Below are positions 39,941 to 53,757 of a stretch of 64,000 bases of DNA, piece after piece. The notes under the pieces were generated by a model. It was not told where the DNA came from and made no database searches. It saw nothing but the letters and a program-made list of their open reading frames with translations. The stretch's first letter is position 1. Every line of letters begins with the position of its first letter. Made by a program: the position numbers and the translations under genes. The stretch comes from the human T2T-CHM13v2.0 reference genome, Homo sapiens, in assembly GCF_009914755.1 (NCBI RefSeq), contig NC_060934.1. One strand, written 5' to 3'.

Positions 39941-40325
39941 ACCTGCTTAGTATAGCTTATTATATATGCAAATTGAATCACATGTAATTATCACATGTAA
40001 TCAGCTGTATTTCTATCTCTCTATATATAACTATAGTTATAGTTATATATATTTATATGGTTAACTATATTATATATACTTATATAAATTGTATCACAGA
40101 TGATCACGTATCATACGTGTATGATGTGTGGAACAGGTTCAAGTGCCTGTTTGGTTTTAAGATATGCATTATTATTCTTATTTAATATTTTAGAAAACTT
40201 GCAAGGAGAGGTGAAGTTGCTTCTACAAGGTCAAACTTATCATTAGGAACAGAATAATAATAATCTGAGCCAGAAAAACTGTATGGTTCTCAGTTCTTAA
40301 ATTTCTAGTTATAAAAGTTTAACCT

Positions 40326-41087
40326 ATACCTCACACCCATTAAGATGGCTACTACAAATAGAAATGAACAAACGTTAAAGAGGATGTGGAGAAAGGGAAA
40401 CCTTGTACACTATTGGTGAGAATGAAAAATTATGCAGGCACTTTAAAAAAATAGTATGACAATTCTTTAAAAGAATTAAAAATAGAATTGCCGTAAGATC
40501 CAGCAATCCCCATTCTGGGTGCATATTTCAAATAATGAAAAACAGGATCTCAAATTACTATTTGCATACCTATATTCATAGCAGCATTATTCACAATAGC
40601 CAAGAAGTGGAAGCGACACAAATGTTCATCTACAGATGAATAGATTAACAAAATGTATATACAAACAGTGGAATATTATTTGGCCTTAACAAGAAAGAAA
40701 ATCTTGCCATATGCTATAACATGGATGAAACTTGAGGACACGAGGCTAAGCGAAGTCAGTAACAAAAAGACAAATATTGTATGCTTCCACATATGAGGTA
40801 TCAAAAGTAGTCAAATCCATAAAAACGGAAAGTAGAGTGGTTGTTGCAGGGACTGGGAGGAAGTGGAAATGGGGAATGGTTGTTTAGTGGGTATAGAGTT
40901 CCAGTTTTACAAGATGGAAATGTTCTGGTGAATTGGTGTACGACAATGTGAATGTACTTAACACTACTCAACTGTACACATAAAATGACTAAGATGTTAA
41001 AAACAAACAACATTTAAATTGTATATTACATATATATATAAAGATTATTCTATGTGAATTAAACCTTAATAAAGCTGTTAAATAAAA
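40326..41087 (+). mobile_element. L1MB 3' end
   Basis: Sense ORF2 tail and 3'UTR (gatccagcaatccccattctgggt; gggtatagagttccagttttacaagatg), ending aataaagctgttaaataaaa. Confidence 0.9.
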
Positions 41088-42609
41088 GTTCAAATCAGTT
41101 TTCCAGTTAGTTCCTTAGAACTGGAGGAAGCCTTGCTTTGCATGTAGTTCAATCACCCACTCAACGCAGGAATCTCCTCTTCTTAATTCACTCCCTTCTA
41201 GATAAGCTCATTCACCCTGGATGACCCCAATTATCTGAAAAAAAAAATTTCCCCTTATAATTGAGCTTAAATTCACAAATAGGTATTACCTACCATTAGT
41301 CTGAAGATCCAAAAACAATATCAAATATCAAAATCCCGTTCTGCCCTATCTGGTCTTGTAACTCTGCCTCAGAACATGTCTTTTTTTCCTGTGGCATATC
41401 TCTTATGATAACGAGAATGTATGTAGGACTCAAAATCAAAGGCATCCAAATGTCTAACCAGGAATTGTTTGAAATTTGACCAGAGTATTTAGGGTTGTTC
41501 AGAAAAGAGATGAGCCCTCCATTCTTCACACCTTCCCCCATGTTTGACATTTACACTCTGTTAATAAATCCAGAGAGGACAGTAGGAAAGAATACTCAGG
41601 ATATTCAGGATGTTTCTTATATTGAGAAATTTGTAATGCAAAGGACCATTGGAGCGTGCAAGGGTGCAACGCTGCTGACATGTCAGACCACGGAGTTTGC
41701 TGGGTTGTTTCCTATTCTTTCTTTTCACAGATCTGTCTCCACCATGAAACATTATTATCATTACCAGCATGCCATGACTTTGAACCTAAGGCCTTAAATT
41801 TGCTCTCCATGTGCTATGCATTAATAAAATTGATATACTGTCTATGTACTGAGTACAGTGAGGGTTAATTAAAATACGTAAAGTACTTCGAGGCCTTTTC
41901 CTTAAAGATGTGAGCTGAGTGCATTATTATTACTATAAATACAAATTGAAAAATACAATCACATTCTCCCTGTAGACATCTGTACTGGAGATTTTTGCTT
42001 CCAATTCTACAGTGCTCATGATAAGGTGATAACATAAGCAATCTAGCAGCAAAATTTATTTTTATCTGCATTCTGGAACAAAGATTTAACCTCTTGAGGA
42101 ACAACCCAAAGTTAAAACGTATATAAATTTTTTCCACATGTCACTCCGTGGAGTTTAATTCAGATAGCAGATTTTTTTTCATCCCTTCAATTTCACAAAG
42201 GCAGGGATAAATCAAGATAGATACAAGGTCTCTTTTGTACCAAATATATTTTATTATCTAATCTTAAACCCTGGAAGATGATTTGTACCAATGCCCAACA
42301 AGTTAGTCCAACTCCAAAAGACTCTGTGCATGCTGAGACGAATTGGAAATGCAATGTCATAGGAGAAAATAATAATAAAAAAATTGAAATCCAGAAACTA
42401 ATCAAAATTAAATACCTTTAAAGGTAATAAGACCCAGTTTTTATGATTTGGTTAAAAATTAGGTAACATTATCAGAGTGATTTGGAGCAAATTGCTTAGT
42501 CTCTGTAAGTCTCATTTTCCACATCCTACCTTATTCATGTGAAAATGGATCAAGGAAATGCTTGCCATGGAGCCCAAGGGCAGATGATCAATAATTGGTA
42601 GCTATTACT

Positions 42610-42890
42610 GGGGAAGCAGTTTATGATGGTGGTTATTATGTTAGGTCCTGAAGTCAGACTGCCCATATTTGAATATAGGCTGTGACATTTACAAATTGTG
42701 TGATCCTAGGGTGGTTACTTAATACTCTTTGCCTCCTTTTTCTATTCTCTAAACTGAAATAATAATATTGCCTATTTCATATGATGAGGAAATTTTATGA
42801 GGTAGCATGTTGACAGAGCTGGAGCAATGCCTGAGTCACAATAAGCATTCACATAATGTCAGATGTCACTATTATTATCATTGCCATCAT
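42610..42890 (+). mobile_element. MIR
   Basis: gaagtcagactgccc...tgtgtgatcctagggtggttacttaatactctttgcctc. Confidence 0.7.
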
Positions 42891-42924
42891 CACATCACAA
42901 ATGCAAGTTTTTAGGATATAAAAG

Positions 42925-43215
42925 CTATGATATTCCATACAATGGAATACTATTCATCAATAAAAATTAACGAACTAGTATACAACAGTGTGGAAAGCAA
43001 AACTATAGGAACAAAAAATAGATCAGTAGTTGTCAGGGGCTGGGGATGGAGAGAGAGATTGACTATAAAGGGGTAGCACAAATTTTAGGGGTGACAGAAT
43101 TGCTCTGTGTTTTGATTGTGGTGGTGGTTACAAGACTGAAAGCCTTTGTCAAAATTCACAGTAATCTACCCCAAACAGAGTGAATTTTATCTTATGTAAG
43201 TAAATTTAGAAAGGC
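42925..43215 (+). mobile_element. L1ME 3'UTR fragment
   Basis: attccatacaatggaatactattca...agatcagtagttgtcaggggctgggga...ttgattgtggtggtggttaca. Confidence 0.75.
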
Positions 43216-45049
43216 AACTAAAAAAAAGTGAAATATGCAATTTCTATTGCCCAAGAACTTCATTCAACTCAAAAAGAGTCTTTACTAGACAAGTCTTTAG
43301 ATTTAAATTTCTAAAAATTAGCATATAATAACATGTAAGGTTGGTGCTGGAGAAGAAAACTCTCTACTAAATATAGCTTCAGCACTTTCCTAAATCATTT
43401 GTAATTGAGTTGTTGACTATTTAGCCTTTAAATACCAGACCATAGCTCCTTAATGGAGCCCTTTGTTCTCCCCAGCGTCTTACAGTGGGACTGAAGTATT
43501 CAATTTTTAGAGGCGGTGGATCTATTTATTACTTGGGTTGTGGTGATGGTAACAGGAGTAAAATTTACATATGTCTAAACTCACCAAATGGGATACATTA
43601 ATTATGTGCAGTGTTTTGTATGCTAATTATATCTTAATAAAGCTTGAGGAGGGGGAAATCTTTTAGGTTAGAAGGCCTCTCAGATTATGGCATTTCATGT
43701 ACTTACTGAATTAGCCATTTTTAATATAGGAGTTCCTAAATTACTAACATTTCCAAAAGTGATATTTGATGGCAAAAGTAATATCCTTGTGAAGTATTAA
43801 GTGATTTTTATGAAAAAGTCAAATGAGCTGACAGAGCATAATAATTACATTGTCAAAGAATACAAGATTCCGCTTTCTCAAAGCCATCTATATTGCCTGG
43901 TTTTGGATGCACAGGCTGTCATCAAGATGGTAAGATTTATTTCTCCTCTAATTGCACCATGGCAGCCGGTATTACACGCAAGATATCTAGGGTGCCCATT
44001 GTTCAGAAGTGTGCAAAATCCATGGCATTGCTTATGTACGTGGTTATGTACACAATTAAGAGAATGGCTTGCATGCTGATGGAACTGAAAAATAGAGCTT
44101 GTATGAAGTCCTGGGGTGGTGCTGTTCAAATGTTTTAAAATATTTTTAAAAACTGTGATTTATTCATCAGCAGGAAGATTAAAAGCATTTTCCTTCCACA
44201 ATAGTATGTTCCAGACTCTAAGCTCAGAGGAACTGCTCACCAGAGATGTTTGTCCTTTTTTGTGGAATTTCTGTGGTTTACTTTCTTATGCATTAAGTAT
44301 GGAGTATGCATTATTAACCCATTATGGGTATATCAAAGTCTGTTTGTGGCCTATTCATATAACCTTGGAAATTTCACACATAAATCATTAGAGAAACGCA
44401 ATGATCTAATGCTTAGGACCAGGGAGCACAGTCAATAGTTGGCATTGTTCTTTCGAGCTGCTATGTGTGTCATTGGAGGACAACCTGGCTGATCTGCATT
44501 TACTCTAACACCTCAAATGCTCATTTCTTTTCAATATCATGTATTTAATGGAATTTACGGGACACCTATGGGGACTACCTTGCTTTTGGCTAAAAACTTG
44601 ACGCCAACACACAGCAACATATATGTCTCACTCAGTTCTGATGATGCTTTAGAATAGTGCTGGTGAACTAATATTTGTGCTTATGGAAAATTAGAGGACA
44701 AAACAAAACCCTAAACTGTGAAGTGACATGCTGAATTGAAATTAATTAGATGCGTCAGTGGGTGGCACCGTAGAGCTTAGTTATTCAGAGTGCAGTTTTC
44801 AGCATCGGCTTTCCTAAGTCTGAATCTGAGCTTTGCTGATAACTAGTTGCATGTCTGTGAGTCAGTTAGTTAAGCTACTGTTTCTTCATCTGTAAAATTA
44901 GGATTATATTACCTGCTTCATCAGCTACTGTATAAATTAAATGCAATTATCTGAGTAAAGTGTCTGGCATTGCTCTAATTAAGGCTGTGAATGGCACCCT
45001 AACTGAAGAATCCTATCACTTACGAAGGCTTCATCACTTTAACACTCAT

Positions 45050-45930
45050 TTGCACCTTGCAGTGTTGAATACTTTTTCTTTCCTCAATCATACTTCGGTA
45101 GGCTCTCCCAAATTTTTCACCTATCTCCCATTCATCGTCCTCATCTTGACTTCTAAATGTGTTTCTTTCTCATGCTCTTCTTCTTTTCCATCTTAAATGC
45201 TGTTGCTCTCCGGAGCTCACTCTGGATTCTCTTCTCTTCTACCTACTCTCCTTGAGGGGGTCTCATTTACAGTGACACTTCGTGTAATATTAACTCATAT
45301 ACTACTCAGTCAGAGGTCTATATCTATAGCCCACAGCTCTCTCCCTAGAGACCAGTGTCCTCAACTATCTACTGGGCACCTTCACCTAGGGTCTTGAAGT
45401 TATCTCCACCACAATGAGTTTGACTAACCCATCCCAAAAACACAACAGATTGCACTGTCTTCTATCTTACTTTCTTTACTGTCTGCCATTTTCACCCAGC
45501 CAGTGATGGAAGCCATTAACTTGAGAATCATACTCAATTTCTCTGCTCATCGCCCTCCACATCTAGTCAGTTATAGAGCAGAGCTGATACAACCTCCAGA
45601 TAGATCTCAATCCCGCCCTCTCCTTCTGAAAATCCTCTCCCAGCTGCCTCCACATCACATCCTCCTAATATCAGTGACCCCTGCAGCCACTTCTCAGTCT
45701 CCACTCAAGTAATTTTGTGGAATCTCTCATTATTTTTATGTTGCAAGAAACTTCTAATGGAGTCTCTGTTTCCTAATATTGCCCTTCTCTCTCGGTTTCC
45801 TTCTGCAGGAGAACCACTGATTCAAAGATCTTTCTGAAGTTCCTACTTAAAATACTTCAAAGACTTCCAGTAGTCTTTAGGATGAAGAGGAAAAAAATTC
45901 CCTTATATTGTGGGCCCTGCAATCCCATAA
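45050..45930 (+). mobile_element. L2 fragment
   Basis: Pyrimidine-rich L2-like sequence (tctatatctatagcccacagctctctccctagagaccag...ttaaaatacttcaaagacttcc). Confidence 0.6.
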
Positions 45931-45993
45931 ACTTCCTGACTGAACAGCTAATGTTTTCCTTCTATTTGTAGTTACAGTGCATAATATAGACTG

Positions 45994-46363
45994 TAATTTG
46001 GTTTGGCTCTGTGTCCCCACACAAATCTCATCTCAAGTTGCAATCCCCCGGTGTCAAGGGAAGGGTCTGGTGGGAGATAAATGGATCATAAGGACGGTTC
46101 CCCCATGCTGTTCTCATGATAGTGAGTGGGTTCTCACAAGAGCTGATGGTTTTAAAAGTGTTTGGCAGTCTCCGCTTTGCTCTCTCTCTCTCCTGCCACC
46201 TTGTGAAGAAGGTACTTGCTTCTCCTTTGCCCTCTGCCATGATTGTAAGTTCCCTGAGGCTTCCCCAGCCATATGGAACTGGGAGTCAATTAAACCTCTT
46301 TCCTTTATAAATTACTAAGTCTCAGGTAGCATCTTTATAGCAGTGTGAAAATGGACTAACACA
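45994..46363 (+). mobile_element. THE1D/MSTA-type MaLR solo LTR
   Basis: tggtttggctctgtgtccccac...aaaatggactaacaca with TSD GACTG. Confidence 0.94.
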
Positions 46364-46895
46364 GACTGGGTCCAAAATAAACATTTTGATGATTCCTAGA
46401 GAATGAATGTCAACCTCTTCAATTAATTCCCTGCCTCTCAAAATTCCACAATAAGAGTCCTTTACTCCAGTTGTAGAAAACTGCTTGCAAGTCTCTTACA
46501 CTCCTTGCTACTTTTTCATTCCATGTCTTTGCATGTTCTATATCCTCATTTATTCAACTTTGTACTATATCTTGGGGACTTAAGGAGTGAAAAAGATAAA
46601 CACGGTTTTTGTCCTTGGAAACATAATAGTTTAGTAGGAAAAAAATTAAACAGGTATTTAAAATATAAGTGGAAATAGTATTGTAAGTTTCCTGTAGATC
46701 TGGTTAAAAAAGGAGAAAAATGATCATAAAGAAATAAGTAACTCTCATGTTTATTCCAAGAACTATGATAAACCCAACAAAAATGATAAAGATTTTTAGC
46801 AACTGACTTAGATGTCTGTGAAATATTATTGGGTAAAAAAACTAGCTTACTAAACACATGCTTTTCTATCCTTTATCCACCTTATTTACCACTAC

Positions 46896-47192
<297 letters not shown>

Positions 47193-48809
47193 CTTATTTT
47201 TTTTTTTTTAATTTTTAGCTCAAGTACTACCATCTCTTGAAAATACTGCCTGACTACCTCAGTCATCCTCTGCATTTTCTTGCCACAGTAGCATGGGAAA
47301 TTTGTCAGACCTTTTAAAATAAACTTTTTATTTTTGAATAATTTTAAATTTACAGAAGTGTTATAAAAATAGTGCAGAGATATCCTATGGACTCCTTCAT
47401 CAATTATCATCTTAATTACCATGGTATGTTTGTCAAAATAATGTTCCACACTGAGTGATAAACACTGTTGTAAAACAACAAACAAAAAAACATAGCTCTA
47501 TGAATTATTTGTGTAGCACAGACCTCCCCACCTCACCCCCAGTGCATGGCCTGCCACGGGTTGGTTCCCTCTAGAGACTGTTAAATGGTCTTCCACCATT
47601 TGGATAGGTTAATATGGAACTCTTTCTTTTTCCTTTAGCCTCAATTACATGTTTCTATGACAGGATTTTGTGAGCAAGTACAGCTGCTAGTTTCTAGGTT
47701 TTTGCCTTTTTCTACCACAACCTGTATATACAGGAAAAGGACAAGGTCTTCTCAGTAGGTGGACCATATCTTAAGAGAGAATCACGAGAGCATCTCAATC
47801 ATTCTTGCCCCAGTCAAGGGCCTGGGCATTTTTATCTTTTGTCCAGCTGTCTAAGTACAGTATTGATTACCAGCCCTTTTCAGACATCTCTTAAAAGTAA
47901 CAAAAACAAGTAAATGAAAGTCATTTGAGGATATTTGAAGGGTCAGTGGATACCCAAGACCTTGTGATTTTAAGCAATGCTTTCAAGCAGTTCCTACAGT
48001 ATCTATATTTAACTAGTCCTTTATTTTGTCTGTACATAAATGTTTGAAGAAAGTTGTTAATTCTTATTTTGACGTTAATATGCATTGCTATTCTTAGCAT
48101 AGACTCAATTCGGCTCCCGAGTCAATATCTTCCTATGGCCCCTATATATCATCTATGTAAACTTTACCAATATTGACCAAACACCTGCTGTGTGAGCAGT
48201 CCTGAACTAGGCACTGGGGAGAATAATCTTAAGCAGAAAATACCCTGCCCTTGAACACAGAGGTAGGTGCTCAAAATCACTAGACTTTTGTTAGATTTGT
48301 TGTCTTAATATGTTCAAATGACACTAGTAAATTGGCTTTACCTATTCATAGTATGTTGTTGCAAGAATTAAATGATCTAACAAATAATATTCATAGTCAC
48401 ATGAATACTGAAAACAGATAACATTTATATAGCACTTAATATGTGCCAGGCATTCTTTCAAGTGTGTTCTATTAATTGGTTTACTAAGAAAAAAATCTGT
48501 GAACTACAAAATATTCTAAAAATCAATGTGTGACTGCTATTCTTGAGTATGAGGCTACATCAAGCAGAAGTTAACTCTTCAACGTGGAATGAGCTTCTGA
48601 AATAAATTTTGTGGTGTAGCATTTACATGCTGGCAGAGGGTCAAAGAAAATGAAGGCCAAAGAGGCCTGGAGAGACTACCCAGGGTTCAGAGCTATATTT
48701 GGGATAAAGAGCTTGGAGGGCCTGGGTCTGCATCCCAACCAAAGTCATTCATGGCATCATCATTATCCCCTAGTCATTGTCATTATTAACATCATCATTG
48801 CTACCAGTT

Positions 48810-49040
48810 CTTATTATTTCATGATCACTTACTTCATGCGAGGCACTTTGCATGTGCTATTTATTTAATCTTCACACAAGGAAATCCTGGGAAGTAGGTA
48901 TCATCATCCTCAATTTATAGACAAGGAAAGTTAGGCTCAGTAAGAATATATTACTTATAAATATTATAAAACTAGTAAGTTTTATAACTGGTAAAACAAG
49001 AATTTGAATCTATACATGGCTGAATTGAGTCAAAGTTCTT
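48810..49040 (-). mobile_element. MIR
   Basis: atcatcctcaatttatagacaaggaaagttaggctcag. Confidence 0.7.
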
Positions 49041-50316
49041 TCTTGTACCTTTCATGTCCTTTCTGTAGAAGGGAATCATGATAATTCCCACCACCCAATT
49101 GTAGCTCCGAAAGCAAGGTCATCATTCATTCTACCTTTCCTCAAGGAAGCTAAAGGATGCCAGGAATAACAAGGCCTAATGGACAGGAGGTGGTCTGTTT
49201 TTCTAAAAAAGAATGAGATTTGTCTTAATGAAGGGTAATTAACTTCAGGAGAGATTACATAGCTTCTGCTTTTACATCATCATTATCTCAAGCTTGTAAG
49301 TTTTAAATATTTCCATTTCCTTTCTGTCATTGGCTGTTCTCAAACAGTAAAGAATGCAGAATCAAATCTTGTCTATTTCATATTTTGTCTGATTCACATA
49401 ATCTCTTTGAGTGCAGGGATAATGTCTTCTTTTAGATCCTTTTTAGTCTCACAATATTTGTTACTGGTCTGGATGTATATCAGGTATGACAGTTAATCTA
49501 TTAATTCTGTGAACATTGGGGGTAGAATGTGTTTCTGAAAGAAATAGGGTATTTCAAGTTAGAGAACATCAGGTTAATCTTGTCTTTGCCATTTATTATA
49601 TGTCCTTTTATAAGAAGGTACTTTAGTAATCTTATTCTTCTCATTTGAAAAACTGGGATTATGTTCCACAGAGAATGGGTGTAAAATTAAAATAATATAC
49701 GTGATGCAAAAAAGCAGGTCCACTGCTCACTTGTTCAGAGTAGACATTAATATTCACTCTTTTTATGTTTCCTCCAGTAGGATTAGTCAAACTTCAGAAA
49801 TCTTCTCAACACAGAGTTTCATACAGTATCTACCCACTAAAATGAAGTTGGTGTGTAGCTTATGATTTTTATATTGTTCCTTGCCTAATAGGAGAAAACA
49901 GCAAGCAAATAGATAATTTCAACACTATGAATACAGGGAAGGAAAGATAGAAGAGAATCCTTAATATATAAAAGAAGAAAGAGAAGGAAGTTGGAAGGGC
50001 TTTTCAAGGAGTCAGCATCAGTGAAATGAAGATGATCCTATAGCAACACAGAAGTAGAGGATACATGGGAGAATACAGAAAAAACATATGTAGCCAGTCA
50101 CAGGCTAGATGACAAAAATCTTATAAGACAAGCCAATTCATGATTGGAAATCAGGGGAGTGGACTATGATTGTACTTCAGTAAAATTATTCTGACCACAA
50201 TGAAGACAATGGATTGGTTTAGGGCAGGGCTTGAGCTAGCAAGATGTTTTTATGGGTTATTAAAGGAATGTAAGTGAGAGAAATTATGTCTTCAACTAAG
50301 ATAACAGCAGTAGTAG

Positions 50317-50699
50317 TGTTGTAGAAAAACTGGGTTCTTGTCACATGACCATGAAAGATTAGGCTCAGAGACACTTCGAAGGGTGAGGGGGAGTGGAATT
50401 TATTGGGCAAAAAGGAAAAAAACTCAGCAGAGCAAGAGGGGTTCCTGTTAACAGGCCCCCATCTCACAGATTGAATCCCAGGTTACCACCCAGGAACAGG
50501 AGAGGCCAGGCTCCTCTCCTCTGCAAACTGGGCGAACTTCCCAAGGCCCCGCCCTGTCCTCCCAGTACACAGGTGGGCATTATTCAGAAAGAATCCCTCA
50601 AGGAAAAAGGGGGCCTTCATCCAGGATGGCAGTCTGGTTTTTCAGCCTTCAGGCTATTTTAGGTTTGAAGGTGGGGTTTTCTGCCTCCTGTCTCTATTA
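50317..50699 (-). mobile_element. ERV1-class solo LTR (MER61-like)
   Basis: tgttgtagaaaaactgggttcttgtcacatgacc...ctgcctcctgtctctatta; 4-bp TSD GTAG, typical of class I ERVs; AATAAA complement near 50399. Confidence 0.8.
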
Positions 50700-51339
50700 G
50701 TAGGAATAGAGGAAGTTATTAGAGGAAGTTAGAGAGACTTGAAAAATGCTAAAAGGCAAGAACAGAGTACATCTTTTGACTGACTCTTATGAGAGAGAAG
50801 AGAAGAAGTAAAGTTGTTGCAGAAGTTGAATGGCTTTAACTGCAAGAGAGATAACAGAAATCAATGGACAAACAGAACTGGTTGAAAAAAGACAATAAGG
50901 TCTGTTGTGATGACTTTGAGGTGATGAAACGTGTATTTGAGGGAAAATCCCCAGCAGTCAAATAGAAAAACTTGCCTTGAATAAAGGAAATAAGTTAAAA
51001 TAAAATCTATATCTTTAGGATCCATCAACACATAGAATATAATTAAAAATAAATTTGTGGATAAAATTGTCCAGGGTGACAGTACGGAGAAAGAAGGAGA
51101 GAATCTGAACACCAAACTTTGAAAATAGAGACATTTAAAGAAAACACTTACTAGAAGAATTCTGATAAGGAAAAGAAAATACGAAATTATGGAAGCCCAC
51201 TCTACAAAAAGTTTATCTAGGGAGGAGAAAGAAATACATTATTTTTTTCAAAGAAACCAATGAAGGCTATCAAAATGGTTACCTAGGGATGTGGGTAGTG
51301 AAAATTCAGTAAAATTCACATGGAAATGGGGTAAGATGG

Positions 51340-51784
51340 TGTCTTGGTTTATCTGTGTTGCTATGTAGAAATACCTGAGGCTGGGTAATTTATAAAGAAA
51401 AGAGATTTATTTGGCTCACAGTTCCGCAGGCTATATAAGAAGCATAGTGTTAGCGTCTGCTTCTGGTGAGGATCTCAGGAAGCTTCCACTCATATAGGAA
51501 GGTGAACAGGATCAGGCATCACATTGTAAGAAAAGAGGAAAGAGAGATGGGAGGAAGGAGCCAGGCTCTTTTTCACAATTAAATTTCCTGGGAGCTAATA
51601 AAGCAAGAACTCACTAATTACTGTGAGAATAACATCAAGGCATTTATGAAGGATGCATCCCTAATGATCCAAACACCTCCCACCAGGCCCCATCTCCAAC
51701 ACTGGGAATCAAATTTCAAATCAAACTCATTCAAATCAAATTTCAACATAAGATTTAAAGGGGACAGACATCCAAACTATAATA
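51340..51784 (-). mobile_element. MSTB-like MaLR solo LTR
   Basis: aatacctgaggctgggtaatttataaagaaaagagatttatttggctcacagttc...ggggacagacatccaaactat. Confidence 0.9.
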
Positions 51785-53105
51785 CATAGGCAAGAATCTA
51801 GGCAACTGAAACAGCTTTAGGAAAACTGAAAGGGAAGAAGAAAAAAAAGTCTTCATAGTTTCTCAACCAACTAGGGGCAATAGAGCATTCATTATTAAAT
51901 GATTTATTGGGGAGTTAATTGTAAACTAAAATTGGAATAATTTCAGTGTAAATATAGTCTTCACAATCCACCACCGTATGTAAGAAGATCCCTTAATCTA
52001 AATTTGGCTCAATTCACTACCATTAACAAGTTCCAAAATCATAGCCCCTGAAAAAATGGTAGTCCGCCATAAGTTTTTCACCAGAGATCTTCTAGTGACC
52101 AGCAGTAGCTCTGTAACTGTGATAGCATTCATGGGTCTGGAACTTACTGTTATTATTCTGAGGTTCATATTTGGAAGGAAATGCCAATTATGTTCAAGTG
52201 ATTTAAAAACAGTAATTTAGAGTTATGTTTCCAATCCAGCCTCTATTCCTCAAAACCTTTCAACAGCAACTTTTTCCTAAATTGTTTCAGGAATAGAGAA
52301 TACATACAGAGCTTTCTCAAATCATGATGATCTGATCAATGACTTCTGTTAATAACTGGGTTTTTCTTTTTGGTGTCAGGGCATTTGTGCACCTTCTGCG
52401 GTAATGTGATTATCTGAGAGTACAAGAGGATGCATGAAAAGTTGGCTGGTAGAAACAAGATTTGGAAGTTGTAAAGCAACTCTGGCAACTGCTTAGCACT
52501 GATGGCTATTGTTTAGTCTGCACAATGTCATCCAGCACAATATTCAATATTCTTTTAAAAATAGTCATGAGCATTTCAATTCAAAGCACAAACATGGATT
52601 TTTGTTTTCTTGTGAAAAATCTGGGAACCTGGCCCCAGTGATCTCACATTGCCTTCGTCATCACCATCAGCAGGAACTGAGTCAAGCTTGGCCTTTAGCA
52701 TGTACTCTCTAGTTTGTCACTTTCTCCACTTCTCCCTATTTCCCCTTGGTCCTAAGTTCCGGTGAAAGTTGTCTTTTGTTGCTGTTGTGGCAATTATGCT
52801 TAAATTTTCCCCTAATGTTTAGAGAAAAGTCAAATATTATTTGGATACACATACTTAGCAGAAGTAGGTAAATTAAGGTAGTGCAAGATAGAGTTATGCT
52901 TCAACAAGAAAAGAAAGAAAGCGAGAAAGAGAAAGAAAAACAGCACATAAGTCTGTGGAAATGGATTTCTTGTTTACTATGCAAACCAAGTGCAGGTATG
53001 CATGAAAAAACACGCTATATGAGAAAAAACAAGCAATGTAAAGCAAACAGAAATCATGTGTAGATGTGCAAGAAATATCAAACCTGCTTAACAAATTTTT
53101 ATCTC

Positions 53106-53757
53106 TGTATTAGTCAGGAGCCAGTGAGGAGATGTAACTTATGTCAATTAGTTTAACAGAGAGGATTTAATATGAAAAATAAAAACTGCATATTGAAGAA
53201 TCACGGACAGCAAATGTAGGAAGCAGCTGTGACCCCCCGGGGCTGGAAGAAAATCAAGGAAAACGTTGTACTTGTTCAACCTTGAAGGTATGTGAAAGGG
53301 CCTCTGTAAAGTTCAAATCAACCTCTGAGAAGGGGCCTGGTGAGACTGCAACCCAGACTTTTGCAGAAAGTAGTGCCAGCTGGTATGGGTGTCTTTGAGG
53401 AGAAATGATGAGACTTATTCTGCCAAAGTTGGACAAACTGAAAATTATAATCCCAGCACTGCTAGTCCTGGAATGCACTGCTGTCACTAGGATGGAGAAA
53501 TGTTGCTAAGTGGACACTAATGGGAACAGAAGGAAAACTAAAACTGAAACAAAACAGAAACAGGAAGAAAACCGAAAAGACTTAAGTTCTTTCATCCTCT
53601 TCAAGCCTTCCAGCCGCCTTCTAGTGCCTCCGTGAGCTGAGCCTCTAGTAATTGGCTAAGTCAAAATGTGGTTTTCAGAGATCAGGCCCTAGCATCACAA
53701 AATAGTATAAAGAAAGAGGTTTTGAAAATGAAAGTCAATAGCCTAATGGCTGCTACA
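53106..53757 (-). mobile_element. Ancient LTR-like element, family unassigned
   Basis: Starts tgtattagtcagg, like the complement of an LTR 3' end; the remainder is degenerate. Confidence 0.45.

Noticed and set aside
48964-48987. 10-bp-arm hairpin ttataaaact-agta-agttttataa
   Set aside because: Short, AT-only and inside a MIR; plausible by chance.
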